DNA of 64,000 bases from Octopus vulgaris. Its lineage: Eukaryota. Location: contig OX597820.1 of assembly GCA_951406725.2 (NCBI GenBank), positions 99,448,001 through 99,512,000 of the forward strand, written 5' to 3'. The notes under the pieces are model-generated. The model saw nothing but the letters and a program-made list of their open reading frames with translations. It searched no databases and had not been told where the DNA came from. The translations under genes and the position numbers were made by a program. This document shows positions 1 through 12,921 of the stretch, one piece after another. How positions within the stretch are numbered: the stretch's first letter is position 1; each line of letters begins with the position of its first letter.

Positions 1-34
1 GTACCAGTTGAGCAATGAGATTGACGTAAATAAA

Positions 35-401
35 TAGGCGGCGGTGGCCGATGCCAGCGCCGCCTAGACTGGCATCCGTGCCGGTGGCACGTAAAAAGCA
101 CCATCTGAACGTGGCCGATGCCAGCGCCACCTCGACTGGCTTTTGTGCCGGTGGCACGTAAAATGCACCAATCCGATCGTGGCCGTTGCCAGCCTTGCCT
201 GGCACCTGTGCCGGTGGCACGTAAAAAGCACCCACTACACTCACGGAGTGGTTGGCGTTAGGAAGGGCATCCAGCTGTAGAAACACTGCCAGATCAGACT
301 GGAGCCTGGTGCAGCCTTCTGGCTTCTCAGATCCCCGGTCGAACCGTCCAACCCATGCTAGCATGGAGAACGGACGTTAAACGATGATGATGATGATGAT
401 G
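35..401 (+). mobile_element. RTE LINE 3' UTR fragment with (GAT)n tail
   Basis: Repeated ggcacgtaaaaagca motifs, gtggttggcgttaggaagggcatccagc and ggacgttaaacgatgatgat tail; nearly identical to about 4390-4678. Confidence 0.75.
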
Positions 402-1041
402 AAATAGCTCCCACTCCCAAATTTCATGCTTGTGCCTCTAGTAGAAACAATATTTCATTGTTGTTATCATCATCATCATCATCATAATTCAACATCCATT
501 TTCCATACTGGCAGGGTTGGATGGTTTGACAGGGGCTGGCAAGCCAAAGTGCTGCACCAGGTTCCAGTTGTCTGTTGTGGCATGGTTTCCATGGTTGGAT
601 GCTCTTTCTAACACCAACCACTTTACAGACAGTGTGTACTGGTTGCCTTTTACATGGCACCAGCACAGGTGCTTTAAACATGGCACCAGCATGGGTGTTT
701 TTAAATGGTACACAGAGAGTCAACATTTGAAATACTGATATAGGGAAGATAATAAGTAATAAAATTAATAAAATGGTTTATTATAGAAGGGAGGAAAGAG
801 ATTTAGCAAGATATCAAAAAGTAAACAGTGGAAGAGAAGGATATTTATAATATGATATAGATGGAAAGTTATATATCATTAATAACCTTTCTCTAGTTTC
901 ATTTATTTTCTCTCTACTATTTTTATTTCTTTACTAATGATAAATACATCATTTATCATCATACTGTATATAGCCTTCTCTTCTATCACAGTAATCAACT
1001 GTTTTCATTTTAATATTTTGTAAATCTCTCTCATTCCTTCT

Positions 1042-1455
1042 CTCTTTTACTCTTTACTCTTTTACTTGTTTCAGTCATTTGACTGCGGCCATGCTGGAGC
1101 ACCGCCTTTAGTCAATCAAATCAACCCCGGGACTTATTCTTTGTAAGCCCAGTATTTATTCTATCGGTCTCTTTTGCCGAACCGCTAAGTGACGAGGACG
1201 TAAACACACCAGCATCGGTTGTCAAGCAATGCTAGGGGGACAAACACAGACACGCAAACATATACACACACACACATATATATACATATATACGACAGGC
1301 TTCTTTCAGTTTCCGTCTACCAAATCCACTCACAAGGCATTGGTCGGCCCGGGGCTATAGCAGAAGACACTTGCCCAAGATGCCACGCAGTGGGACTGAA
1401 CCCGGAACCATGTGGTTGGTTAGCAAGCTACTTACCACACAGCCACTCCTGCGCC
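1042..1455 (-). mobile_element. tRNA-derived SINE (family A) with internal (TA)n(TG)n
   Basis: Head ggcgcaggagtggctgtgtggtaag...ccgggttcagtccc (A/B-box-like), central microsatellite, tail gactgaaacaagtaaaagagtaaagag. Many more copies: about 1610-1985, 2259-2660, 10200-10925, 19408-19740, 42110-42458, 43835-44045, 44526-44857, 52975-53355, 55755-56060. Confidence 0.9.
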
Positions 1456-2661
1456 TATGTAGTAAATTACTTTATTAATTTTATTACCTATTGTCTTCCA
1501 TATATTAATATTCAAATGTTGACTCTGTGTTTGTATATATGTACGGTATTAACAAGATACTATGCTCTCTCCCCTTAGTTTTCTGTACTTTTTGTACTCC
1601 ATGTAAATTTAGCCATGACTGTGCCCATGCTGGGGCACAGCCTTGAAGAATTTTTAGCTGGATGTATTAAACACAGTACTTATTTTTTTAAAAGTCCAGT
1701 ACTTATTCTATTGATATCTTTTGCCGAACTGCTCAGTTACAGGGATGTAAATACACCAACACTAATTATCAAGTGGTGGTGGGGGACAAACACAGACATG
1801 AAGACATACACACAGACACACATATATATACATGATGACCTTATTTCAGTTCCTGTCTACTAATACCACTCATAAGTCTTTGGTTGGCCTGGGGCTATAA
1901 CAGAAGACACTTGCCTAAAGTGCCACTCAGTGGGAGTGAACCTGGAACCATGTGGTTGGGAAGCAAGCTTCTTACCACACAGTCAAGTCTGCACTCTCTA
2001 TATATTTATATGTGTATATGTATGTATGTATATTTTGTATATGAAGTCCAAACATGCTTATTTGCATTATGATCTCCATATCAACTCACCTGGATTCCTC
2101 TTATAACCACTTTTTACCCCACAGACTTAATACTTGATAAAGACCTTAGAGTGTAAGTTCAAAGCATTTGAGCACTGCTATTTTTTTTTCTATGTTAAGC
2201 ATCTCTGGATCACACACACACACACACATCTGTTGACCATGTGTGTGTGTGTATATATACTCTTTTACTTGTTTCAGTCATTTGAATGCGGCCATGCTGG
2301 AGCACCGCCTTTAATCGAGCAACTCGACCCCGGGACTTATTCTTTTGTAAGCCCAGTACTTATTCTATCGGTCTCTTTTGCCGAACCGCTAAGTAACGGG
2401 GACATAAACACACCAGCATCGGTTGTCAAGCAATGCTAGGGGGACAAACACAGACACACAAACACACACACGCATATATATATATATATATATACATATA
2501 TACAACGGGCTTCTTTCAGTTTCCGTCTACCAAATCCTTTGGTAGACGGAAACTTTGGTTGGCCCGAGGCTATAGTAGAAGACACTTGCCCAAGGTGCCA
2601 CGCAGTGGGACTGAACCCAGAACCATGTGGCTGGTAAACAAGCTACTTACCACACAGTCAT

Positions 2662-3590
2662 ATATAAAGTATTTGATTTTATAAATATAATTATAAAATT
2701 ATTGTAAGGGCAACTACTGAGTAATGCCACATGCTAGACAAGGGCTGAAAGTGAGAGAATGAATAAAAAACATTTCTTTAATAAATCTTTTTGTTCATTC
2801 TCTCGCTTTCAGCCCATGTCCTACACTGGCAAAAATAAATTTAAGACCGATGATAAAAGTTCTATTTCTTACAAAATATTTTGTTACTAACACCATACAA
2901 ATTATTTCTGTCTTTTACACCTTATGCAGAATTTATTTCTCTTTCGAATGATACAGACAATAACTATTTTTATACAACTTGAAGAATTCTAATGCTAAAT
3001 TAATATAAACGTTTCAAATTTACCGGCAAAATTAGCTTAAGACCATGTAATATGTATGCGAATTTTTTTGCCAAAATAGGTGGTCACACAACTAGCCTAA
3101 CTGCACTATATAGTGTTATAATTTAACGTTATTGTACAATTGATTAATAATGGGAAAACAATGTAGCCTCATTCTAGTCACGAGAGCAAAAATCGTATTA
3201 CTCCACCAGGAAAAAGTTTCCTTTTCGAACATCAGCAAGCAACTAAAGTGCAGTAAAACAGCTTGCGTGCAAGCGTAGAAGTTATATTCTAATTTAGCAT
3301 TAGAATTCTTCAAGTTGTATAAAAATAGTTTTTGTCTACATCATTCGAAAGAGAAATAAATTCTGCATAAGGTGTAAAAGATAAAAATAATTTGTATGGT
3401 GTTAGCAACAAAATATTTTGTAAGAAACAGAACTTTTATCATCGGTCTTAAATTTATTTTTGCCAGTGTATGTAAATAAATAAGGTAGTTTTAGAGCCAT
3501 TTGGTGTCTTCTTTTGCATGTGGCATTACTCAGTAGTTCTTCTCCCTATTGTAATTTTATGATTATATTTATAAAATTAAATACTTTGTA
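2662..3590. mobile_element. Outer foldback element with about 70-bp inverted ends, containing a nested MITE
   Basis: aaagtatttgattttataaatataat...actactgagtaatgccacatgc (about 2666-2734) is inverted at about 3517-3587; extra hairpin at 2735-2823. Confidence 0.6.
2824..3468. mobile_element. Tc1/mariner-type MITE with about 185-bp TIRs
   Basis: TA|CACTGGCAAAAATAAATTTAAGACCG ... CGGTCTTAAATTTATTTTTGCCAGTG|TA; arms about 2824-3008 and 3282-3468. Confidence 0.85.
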
Positions 3591-3697
3591 TTAATTTTTA
3601 CCTAAGTGGTTTTTTACATGCTAGCTACTTGATAAAATCCTACATAGATTTTATTATTTGATAAAAACAATTTATATATATATATATATATATATAT

Positions 3698-4678
3698 CTA
3701 GCAGTTGAGGGAACCCGTGGAAGAGGTAGACCCAGGAAAACCTGGGACGAGGTGGTGAAGCACGACCTTCGAACTTTAGGCCTCACTGAGGAAATGACCA
3801 GAGACCGAGACCTTTGGAAATATTCTGTACGTGAGAAGACCAGGCAGGACAAGTGAGCCCAGCCCACTTATGAATGCCTTTCCTCCCTTGGACACAAAGA
3901 CCGGTTGAGGCAAGCGAAGTCGATATAGAACCTCATCCGACGACAGACACCCATGCCAACCCCCCATGCTTGCGAAGACATGTTGGGGCAAGCGAAATCG
4001 AAATCGAAACCGAATTGAACCAGCCAGGATCCCTGGCCTGGTGGTACGTAAAAAGCACTATCCGACTCGTGGCCGTGGCACGTAAAATACTCCAATGCGA
4101 CCGTACGACAGGCACCCATGCCAACCCCCTTTGCTTGTGAAGACATGTTGGGGCAAGCGAAATCGAAATCGAATTGAACCAGCCAGGATCCCTGGTCTGG
4201 TGGTACGTAAAAAGCACTATCCGACTCGTGGCCGTGGCACGTAAAATACTCCAATGCGACCGTACGACAGGCACCCTTGCCAACCCCCTTTGCTTGTGAA
4301 GACATGTTGGGGCAAGCGAAATCGAAATCGAATTGAACCAGCCAGGATCCCTGGTCTGGTGGTACGTAAAAAGCACTATCCGACTCGTGGCCGATGCCAG
4401 CACCGCCTCGACTGGCTTCCATGCCGGTGGCACATAAAATACACCAATCTGACCGTGGCCGTTGCCAGCCCCGCCTGGCACCTGTGCAGGTGGCACGTAA
4501 AAAGCACCCACTACACTCACGGAGTGGTTGGCGTTAGGAAGGGCATCCAGCTGTAGAAACATTGCCAAATTAGACTGGAGCCTGGTGCAGCCTTCTGGCT
4601 TCCCAGAACCCCGGTCGAACCGTCCAACCCATGCTAGCATGGAGAACGGACGTTAAACGACGATGATGATGATGATGA
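3698..4678 (+). mobile_element. 5'-truncated RTE LINE (ORF C-terminus plus long 3' UTR)
   Basis: 3698-3856 reads LAVEGTRGRGRPRKTWDEVVKHDLRTLGLTEEMTRDRDLWKYSVREKTRQDK*, the RTE GRPRxxW...DRxxW C-terminus; ends in (GAT)n. Confidence 0.9.
3942..4393 (+). repeat. About 2.8 tandem copies of a 159-165-bp unit in the RTE 3' UTR
   Basis: Units start at 3942, 4107 and 4266 (gacag(g/a)caccc...) and are near identical. Confidence 0.9.
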
Positions 4679-5057
4679 TATATATATATTCAGCCGAAAT
4701 TGCAAGGATGATCTGGCTCTTAACTGAGGATAGAAAGCTTCGAATGACCTGTCCTTGTTTTTTTGTATTGTTTATCTGTTGTCCCTTTTTGTATCACTTA
4801 GTTGTCCGGATGTTTTGCGTTCTTGTCCCATTTTGTATTTTATATATATATATATTCCAATACAGCCACTCATGTTTTGTGTTGAGCATCTCTGGATTTT
4901 AACTGTTGACTCTCTTTATATGCATGTAGATGTTTGTGTGTGCATGCACATGTGTATGTTGTGAGTGTGTGTGTGTGTGTGTGTGTAAAACACCAAGTTT
5001 GATATTTATACCAGTAACAGTGTAGTATAGTAATAATAGTAGTAAATCTTCACTTAC

Positions 5058-5468
5058 CATTCTTCAAGCATTCCTTGACTGTCTGAAGTACCTCTTGTGA
5101 TTCTTGAGGTTCCATTGTGAAGCTTTCTTCTGAGATGAACATGCGCCTGTTTATACCATGTTTGACATATGACAGCACTAAAGTTTGACTGTTGCTGTCA
5201 ATTGACTTAAGATCCTCCACTGCTGGTGCAACCATCTTTTCACTGTCCTCAGCACTATGCTCGACAGAGCTGAGCTTGTCTCTGGAGTCATTGACAGGCT
5301 CTGTTTTAACAGGAGTATCATCTGTCAAGTCTGCAGCACATTTTTTTGTACTAGGGGATCCTTTTTTCTTACCAAAATAATTGACTTTCTTATTGGTAGA
5401 ACTTGCTTTCTTTGTGTCAGGTTCATCTTGGCAGCAAATTTTTATGATATCGACAAAAGGGATTGTCT
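5058..5468 (-). CDS. Internal coding exon (411 nt, phase 1-1) encoding the rest of a CERK-type PH domain
   Basis: Acceptor ttttgttttctcttttgcag| at 5469 and donor AATG|gtaagt at 5057, with no stop. Translation TIPFVDIIKICC...TLVLSYVKHGINRRMFISEESFTMEPQESQEVLQTVKECLKN aligns by eye to CERK VPVSEIIAV...FTVHCVKRARRHRWKWAQVTF...LWLQTLREMLEK. The exon is well supported; the product name is less certain. Confidence 0.75.
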
Positions 5469-6089
5469 CTGCAAAAGAGAAAACAAAAACTGATTTTTGT
5501 TGTTATTGTTTAGCCCCGAGTCAACTATGATGATCATATCATTTTTCTTATAGCAAGTACTAAACTGTTCAATGTATTCCGTTTTTATTTTACAAACAGA
5601 AAGCTATTGAGGATTCAGCTACTATTTCTAGCAAACTGAGTGATCACATAGGAGTTCCTTCATTGGTTTCAGACAAAATATACTAACAGTGAACAGGTCG
5701 CAGTCTCAAAGTGACGAAAATATTTTGACAAATTAAATTTAAATGTTGAAGTGAATCTAACGGTTTTGTGTGTTTCTTAAATGGCTTATAAACACCTTCC
5801 ACGCTGCAATTGTTTTCGTTCCAGCACACGATCTCAGATCAAGTCACTTACTATGCAAGTACATCTCCATAAAATATACTAACTTTAGTGTAAAGTCACT
5901 AATTTGAAGAGAAAGTGAATCAATCCTAGTATGTTACACAGTATATTACTGGTAACTGTTTGACCAACTCAAAATCTAAGGTTGTCCAGAAGGTGACCCT
6001 ACTTCCAGATACAGCACAGGTTGTGAAGATTTATACAACCAATGTACAATATTGACATAGCAAAAATTTAAAGAAAATAAAACAAAACA

Positions 6090-6350
6090 CATTGTTGAAT
6101 ACCAGTTTTTTACGGAACCTAAATTCTTCTAGAGAAGTCAATGCCTCCATCACCCACAAAACCATAAGGTACCCAGGAAAAAATCACAAACAGATTCTTC
6201 AAGCTGAGTCATCTGGCAGGAGACCTAGGGGTAAACCAAGAATGAAATGGATGGGTACTATTCATAGTCTCAGTTGGTCATACTTGGGAATCCAGCCTGA
6301 AAGTGAATAGGGCTCAGAGAATAAAGATGGAAGGAGCTTGGAGTAAATGT
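6090..6350 (+). mobile_element. Old RTE LINE C-terminal relic
   Basis: KQILQAESSGRRPRGKPRMKW motif in ORF 6092-6310. Confidence 0.6.
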
Positions 6351-6675
6351 TTAGTTGCATCTTTATCAAAACCCTGTCTCCTTTCAGTTGGTGAGGAAAT
6401 CCTTTTTTTTTTCCTTTTTCTGCCAGTTGGTCTATTACATCCTTCATTACATCCACTGCATCCTTCAAAACTTCCACGCTTCCCGAGATTCGCCAACACT
6501 ACACCTGATTTTCTCCCCTCCAAACACACGCAAGCATGTATCTGACTCATACTGTTCACTTCCTAGACATTTGTACATTACTGCATATGCTTTATATGCA
6601 CTTTTGACAAGTTGTGGTGCACCTGAGCACTGTATAAAACAATTTCATCATCATCATCATCATCATTATTATTAA

Positions 6676-6711
<36 letters not shown>

Positions 6712-8537
6712 AATGTGTAAATTGTTTAGCCATGGAAAACTTCTATCCTTCTTAACTTAAGAGTTATGCAGCCACTTTCTACACCTCATCACTGCAATTT
6801 TTGATCTATTTCCAACTCTGCTCTAGTCACTCCAATTCTCTCTTCTATTATGTGAATAGCCATGTAACTCCTCTAGAGGAAGAAACTTGCTCTGTCTTGG
6901 CCCTTTCTCTCATATCTTGACCTCTCATATCCTGGCATAAAGCTGTCTGCCTCTCTACTCTAGTCATATTTAGTTGAAAGGGATTTTAGTCTTGCAAGTT
7001 TCATGGCAACCACACTAGTGCTGGTGCTATGAAAAAATACATGGTACACACTGGATAGTGGTTGTTAATAGGAAGGGTGTCCTTCTATAGAAACCATGTC
7101 AAAGCAGACATTAGAGCGTAATACAGTCTTCAGGTCCACTGGATTCTGTTAAACTGTGTAATCCATGCCAATCCATGTTAAACTGTCCAATCCATGGGGC
7201 ATGGATGTTAAGTGATGATAATGATGATAATTTCAAAGCTTTGCATCTTTTGCTACTTGCAACCTGATGTCAGGGTTTAGGTTTGGGTTCTTTGTACAAT
7301 ATTAAGTAGAATAGAAAGGTGGTGAGCTGGCAGAATCATTAGCATGCTGGATGAAATGCTTAGAGGCACTTTATCTGTCTTTATGTTCTGAGTTCAAATT
7401 CTGCCAAGGTCTACTTTGCCTTTCATTTTCTTGAAGTCAATAAAAAATAAGTATCAATTGAACACTGGGGTTGATATTATCAACTTACACCGTCTTCTGG
7501 ATGTCCTTCCTATCGTCATCCACTTTACTGAGTGGACAGGGTGCTTTTTATGTGGCACCAGCACTGGTGAAGTATGTTTGGCTTAGCTCTTACTGCTTGA
7601 TGCCCTTCCTCATGCCAACCACTTTACAAAGTAGACTGAGTGCTTTTTACATGGCCCCAGCAAGGCAAGGTCTGTTCTGGAATGGTTTTCACAGCTGGAT
7701 GCACTTCCTCATGCCAACCACTTTACACAGCAAGCTGGCCTTGTGCAAAATTTGAAAGTAGAATGGTAGCTTTAGATATTCTTTGCTGCTTTTCTTCATT
7801 GGTTTTAATAGAAGCTTACTACCACATTATTTGGAAATGTAGGCTACATGTGTACTCTGACAACCTTGGAGATGCTAAAACTACTTTTCCATGGTGTGTG
7901 CTATTGTTGACCTACAAATGTCCTACTCTCCCTAACTTGAAACATCTATAATTTCTCTTCTCTCTAATCATAGGAAATTGTTTCCCCAAGGATCTTATCA
8001 GGATGGTATCTGAGATGGCTGTACATATATTGGAACGTCATAATATCAAATTCAGGATGAGGTGATTTGTAAATGTGTGTGTGTGTGTGTGTGCATGTGT
8101 TTAGCAGATTTATTTGCTTTAGTAAAGAAACTATGATTTCATCCTGTTCTAGGGTTCCTCAGAAACTGAAAATATTTTATTAAAGACGTAGTCTAAACAT
8201 GAATTATTTCAGAACATTTTCTGTCAAATTTCCAACATTCTTAACCAAATTTGAATATGTCAGTTAGAATTAAAAGAAAAAAGATAAATATGACATTAAA
8301 CCAATAACAGAGAGAGAGAGGGGAGGGGGAGAGAGAAAGGGGTAAACAGAGAGACAGAGAGGTAAAGAGAGTGAAGGGGAGAGAGTGAAGGGAAAGGGAG
8401 AGAGCTGGAGAATGAAATGGAAAGAAAGAGAGAGAGAGAGAAGGGAGAGAGCTGGAGAGTGAAATGGAAAGAGAGAAAGATAGAGAGAGAAAGGAGAGAT
8501 GGCAGGGAAAGGGAGAAAGTTGGGGAATTAAATGGAA

Positions 8538-8589
<52 letters not shown>

Positions 8590-8912
8590 AAAGCAAGCAG
8601 ACAGAATATTGTTTGCAAACTGTTTTCAAGGTCTTACAATTTGCGTAACAGACTAAAGTATAAACAAGCATTCACATATGGGATAAATAAAAATAAGTTT
8701 TGTAATAAGTGGACATTTAAAACAATTGCACAAGTAAGATTAAAAACATAAATACATCCCTTCATTATTGCAAGGTTATAACCATACGCAAGGAGCCATG
8801 CACACACACACATTAATACGCTACACTTATAAAAGTAGAGGACACTCGTTCATGGTATCACGCAGAGGTACTGAATCCCAAACTTCTTAATCTTGCACCC
8901 ATATCCAACTGT

Positions 8913-9041
8913 TGCTGCTGCTGCTACTACTACTACTACTACTACTGCTGCTGCTACTACTACATCACTAGCAGCAGCAGCAGCAGCAGCACCACCACCA
9001 CCACCACTACTACTACTACTACCACCACCACCACCACCACC

Positions 9042-9076
<35 letters not shown>

Positions 9077-9119
9077 ATCACCAGCAGCAGCACCACCACC
9101 ACCTCCACCACCACCATCG

Positions 9120-9170
<51 letters not shown>
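8913..9170 (+). repeat. Compound trinucleotide microsatellite (GCT/ACT/GCA/CCA/CAT)
   Basis: Direct reading; the (CAT)n end is the minus-strand tail of an RTE-type repeat. Confidence 0.95.
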
Positions 9171-9171
<1 letters not shown>

Positions 9172-9261
9172 TTAATGTCTGTCTTCTGTGCTGGCATGCA
9201 GGTGGATAGTTTTGATAGTAGTCAAGCCAGAAGACTGCCTCAAGCTTCCCCCCACCCTGCT

Positions 9262-10190
9262 GTCTATTTTTGGCATGGTTTTCGTGGCTGGATGTCCTTC
9301 CTATTACCATCCACTTTACTGAGTGGACAGGGTGCTTTTTATGTGGCACCAGCACTGGTGAGGTCTGTTTGGCATAGTTTTAAGGCTGGAAGCTCTTCCT
9401 AATGTCAACCACTTTACAGAGCAGACTGGGTGTTTTTTTATGTGGCACGAGAACTAGCAACAGTAAGGTCTGTTTGGCTTAGCTCTTACTGCTCGATGCC
9501 CTTCCTCATGCCAACCACTTTACAAAGTAGACTGGGTGCTTTTTACATGGCCGCAGCATGGCAAGGTCTGTTCTGGCATGGCTTTCATGGCTGGATGCAC
9601 TTCCTCATGCCAACCACTTTACACAGAAAACTGGGTGCTTTTTACATGGCACCAGCATTGGCAAGGTCTATTTTGGCATGGTTTTCACAGCTTGATGCCC
9701 TTCCTCATGCCAACCACTTTACAGAACAGACTTGGTGCTTTTTACATGGGCCCATCACAGACAAGGTCTATTCTGGCATGGTTTTCATGGCTGAATGCTG
9801 CTCCTCATGCCAAGCATGTTTCAGAGTCAATTAGGTGCTTTTTCATATGGCCCCAGCAATAGCAAGATCTGTTCTAGCATGATTTTCATGGCTGGATGTA
9901 CTTATTCATGCCAACCACTTTACAAAACTGACTGGGTGCTTTTCACATAGCTCCAGCAATGACAAGGTCTGTTCTGGCATGGTTTTCACAACTAGATGCC
10001 CTTCCTCATGCCAAGCACATTACAGAGCAGACTGGGTGCTTTTCACATGGCTCCAGTGCTGGCAAGGTCTGTTCTGGCATGGTTTTCATAGCTTGATGTC
10101 CTTTGTCATGCCAACCACTTTACAGATCAAATCAGACTGGACATTTTTCACATGGCCCCAGCATTGGAAAGCTCTGTTCTGACGTGGTTT
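9262..10190 (-). repeat. Tandem array of about 9 copies of a ~100-bp unit derived from the RTE/SINE 3' tail
   Basis: Unit gcatggttttcatggctggatgcccttcctcatgccaaccactttacagagcagactgggtgctttttacatggc... recurs near 9576, 9677, 9777, 9877, 9977 and 10077; partial copy at about 7490-7735. Confidence 0.9.
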
Positions 10191-10325
10191 CTTTCTCAGT
10201 CTAGCATTTGTTGTGCCTCTTTTGTGGAATTGCTAAGTTATGAGTACATAAACACATGAACACTCGTTGTCAAGCAGTAGTGGACGGCAATCACAAACAC
10301 AAAGACACACACACACACACATATA

Positions 10326-10367
<42 letters not shown>

Positions 10368-10369
<2 letters not shown>

Positions 10370-10574
10370 ATATATTTCGGAATGGTCATTTTGCCAGTTT
10401 AGCCAATAAAAACACACGCACTATATATTTGGTGTTATTTTGCTTCAGTGTTATTTATTTTTACATTAATCTTAATCTTATTTCGGCCAGAGTTCTTTCG
10501 GCTACACTCCTGTGACCGCATCATTCCTTTGCAATTTTCTTCTTTCTTATTTTGCGTCTCTCCTTGCACAACAA

Positions 10575-10580
<6 letters not shown>
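10368..10580 (-). mobile_element. (TA)n-embedded Penelope-like short element with degenerate hammerhead
   Basis: Minus strand ATGATGC GGTCACA ggag TGTAGCC GAAA GAACTC (about 10489-10524); flanked by TA tracts inside a family A SINE. Confidence 0.45.
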
Positions 10581-10626
<46 letters not shown>

Positions 10627-10687
10627 GCATATATATATTATATATATATATATATATATGCATATATATATGCATATATATATATTA

Positions 10688-10720
<33 letters not shown>

Positions 10721-11286
10721 TCAAATCCATACATACATACATACATACACATACTTATATATATGACGGGCTTCTTTCAGTTTCCATCTACCAAATTCAC
10801 TCACTAGGCTTTGGTCGGCCCAAGGCCAAATCTGGAGACACTGCCCTAACTGGCAAGCAGTGGGATTGAAGCCTGAACTATGTGGTTGGGGAGCAAGCTT
10901 CTTACTACTCAGCCATCCCTGCACTTATGGTTGTAAGGATGTAAACCATTAAATGTGAAACTTAGAATCCCAGTTAAATTAATGCTGTATATACATGCAG
11001 CTGTTCGTTTTATGTTTGTTCGTGTTTCCATATGTTTGGTGAATATGTTATTGAGTAATCGTTTTTGAAGCCAGATTCCCTTCCTGTTGCAAACCTTTTG
11101 GCTTTCAAAAAAGTTTAAGGTGAGTGGATGATTAGATGACAGGAGAGCTGACAACAATAGCACAACTTGTACATCTGACAAATGAGTGCAGATGTAAACT
11201 GACACAGACACAAACATATTTATACATATGTGTGTGTGTGTGTGTGTCTATATGTTTATATACAGATATGTATGCATATATGTATA

Positions 11287-11330
<44 letters not shown>

Positions 11331-11333
<3 letters not shown>

Positions 11334-11748
11334 TTAATAATTAGGATTCAGCAAAGATTTGCTTTACCACATACCGAAGTTTAGAAATAGCAGCCAAAAA
11401 ACCTTAGCTATTTCTTCTACTTTAAAAAGGGACTCCCAGAAAAACCAAAATACTTGAAAACAATCCACACAAGCAGAGAGGAAAAGTAACAAAAATCAAT
11501 AAATATCTGGTCACCCATGTACGCGTGTTTCGGAATTAGATCGGTATAAAGAATATAAAGTAGAAGAAATAGCTAAGGTTTTTTTGGCTGCTATTTCTAA
11601 ACGTCGGCATGTGGTAAAGCAAATCTTTGCTGAACCCTAATTATTAAGTATTACTTAAGTTTACCGTGAAATGGTCCTTTTTCATGCCGAATTCTACTTG
11701 GTGAAATTATTGATTACTTCTTAATTAATTAATTTTACCCTTTGTTAT
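11331..11748. mobile_element. Tail-outward inverted pair of the hammerhead element family seen at 36270
   Basis: Arms 11331-11424 and 11556-11650 are inverted; 11514-11550 is the reverse complement of the 3' half of the 36289 hammerhead; TA tracts on both sides. Confidence 0.75.
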
Positions 11749-11769
11749 TATATATATATATATATATAT

Positions 11770-12075
11770 GACATTCGTAGGCTTGAAAGAAATGAAGCTA
11801 GTATGTTCTGCTGGATGTGTAATGTAATGTCAGAGTGCACACACGACAGAGTGTAAGCAGCCTGAGAGGAAAGTTGGACATAAGAAGCATCGGATGTGGT
11901 GTGCTGGTATGGTCATATGTTGCATATGGATGAGGACAGCTGAGTGTGAAGAGGTGTCACACCTTAACAGTGGAGGGAACCTGTGGAAGAGGTAGACCCA
12001 AGAAGACATGAGATGAGGTGGTGAAGCATGACATTTGAATATATGCCCCCTGGACCTTATGATCATGAACCAAGT
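11770..12075 (+). mobile_element. Degenerate RTE LINE fragment
   Basis: Frameshifted WYGHMLHMDEDS and VEGTCGRGRPKKT motifs, homologous to 3698-3790. Confidence 0.75.
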
Positions 12076-12921
12076 ACCCAAACCACTAAGCTATGTGCCT
12101 TCACCAATATGCATACATATGCAAACACACACAGAACTACACCATAACCATGCCAATATGTATATCACAGAGTGCAAATCAAGAAACTGCTCCTTTCTCT
12201 CTCTCTCTTTTCAGCTGGGGTAGCTATGTATACCCTCTTCAGCAACATGCCTGTTTCTGTCCCTTTATTCATGCTCTAGCCTCATCACCTGGCACAAAGT
12301 CACCTCCCTCAATACTACCCCCCCCCTCCTCCACCACCACTCAGTTGAGGAGGGGGTCTTGTCTTGTAAGTTACCTGATGGCCTCACTGCTACTGATGCC
12401 ACATAAAAAAGCACCCATTATTAGAAAGGGCATCCATCCATAGAAACCATGCCAAAGCAGACACCATGGATTGGTACCATCTCCTGACTTGCCAGTTCCT
12501 GTCAGACCAGTCTCCCTTCTCCATACCACTGATGTTGTCTGAAGAAAAGGGCAAAGGCCAATGATGTTGCAACTCATTTCTACAGCAGAGATAACTGGAG
12601 CAACATGAAATAAGTGCCTTGCTCAAGATTACAACCACAGCCTGGTCTGGGGATTCAAACTCACAACCTCATGATGGTACACCTGACACTCTAACCACTG
12701 AGCCATGCACCTTCATACTCACATACACACATGTATGTATGCATATATTTTCATATGTTGGTTTAAGACAAGATACTGAATAAATGTTGTAATGGATATG
12801 TTTTTTCCTTTTATCAAAACTGAAGCAGATTTTTATCTTTCAATTCAAGTTTCAGTTTCACTATATAAAAGAGAGAACTATATGTGTGTATGTTTGTGTG
12901 TATATATATATATATATATAT

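Noticed and set aside
2089-2175. Candidate third exon (minus-strand donor CAG|gtgagt near 2088)
   Set aside because: No polypyrimidine acceptor, stops in all three frames over the interval, and no kinase motif.
3868-4640. 184-aa and 235-aa minus-strand ORFs with internal repeats
   Set aside because: Antisense to the RTE 3' UTR; the 159-bp unit is a multiple of three and propagates an open frame.
8893-9402. Poly-Ala/Thr/Pro/His ORF
   Set aside because: Compound trinucleotide microsatellite running into a repeat; no splice or domain evidence.
9262-10190. CRISPR-like array (also 59063-59193 and 55425-55690)
   Set aside because: Whole units are repeated with no unique spacers, no cas genes, and the context is eukaryotic.
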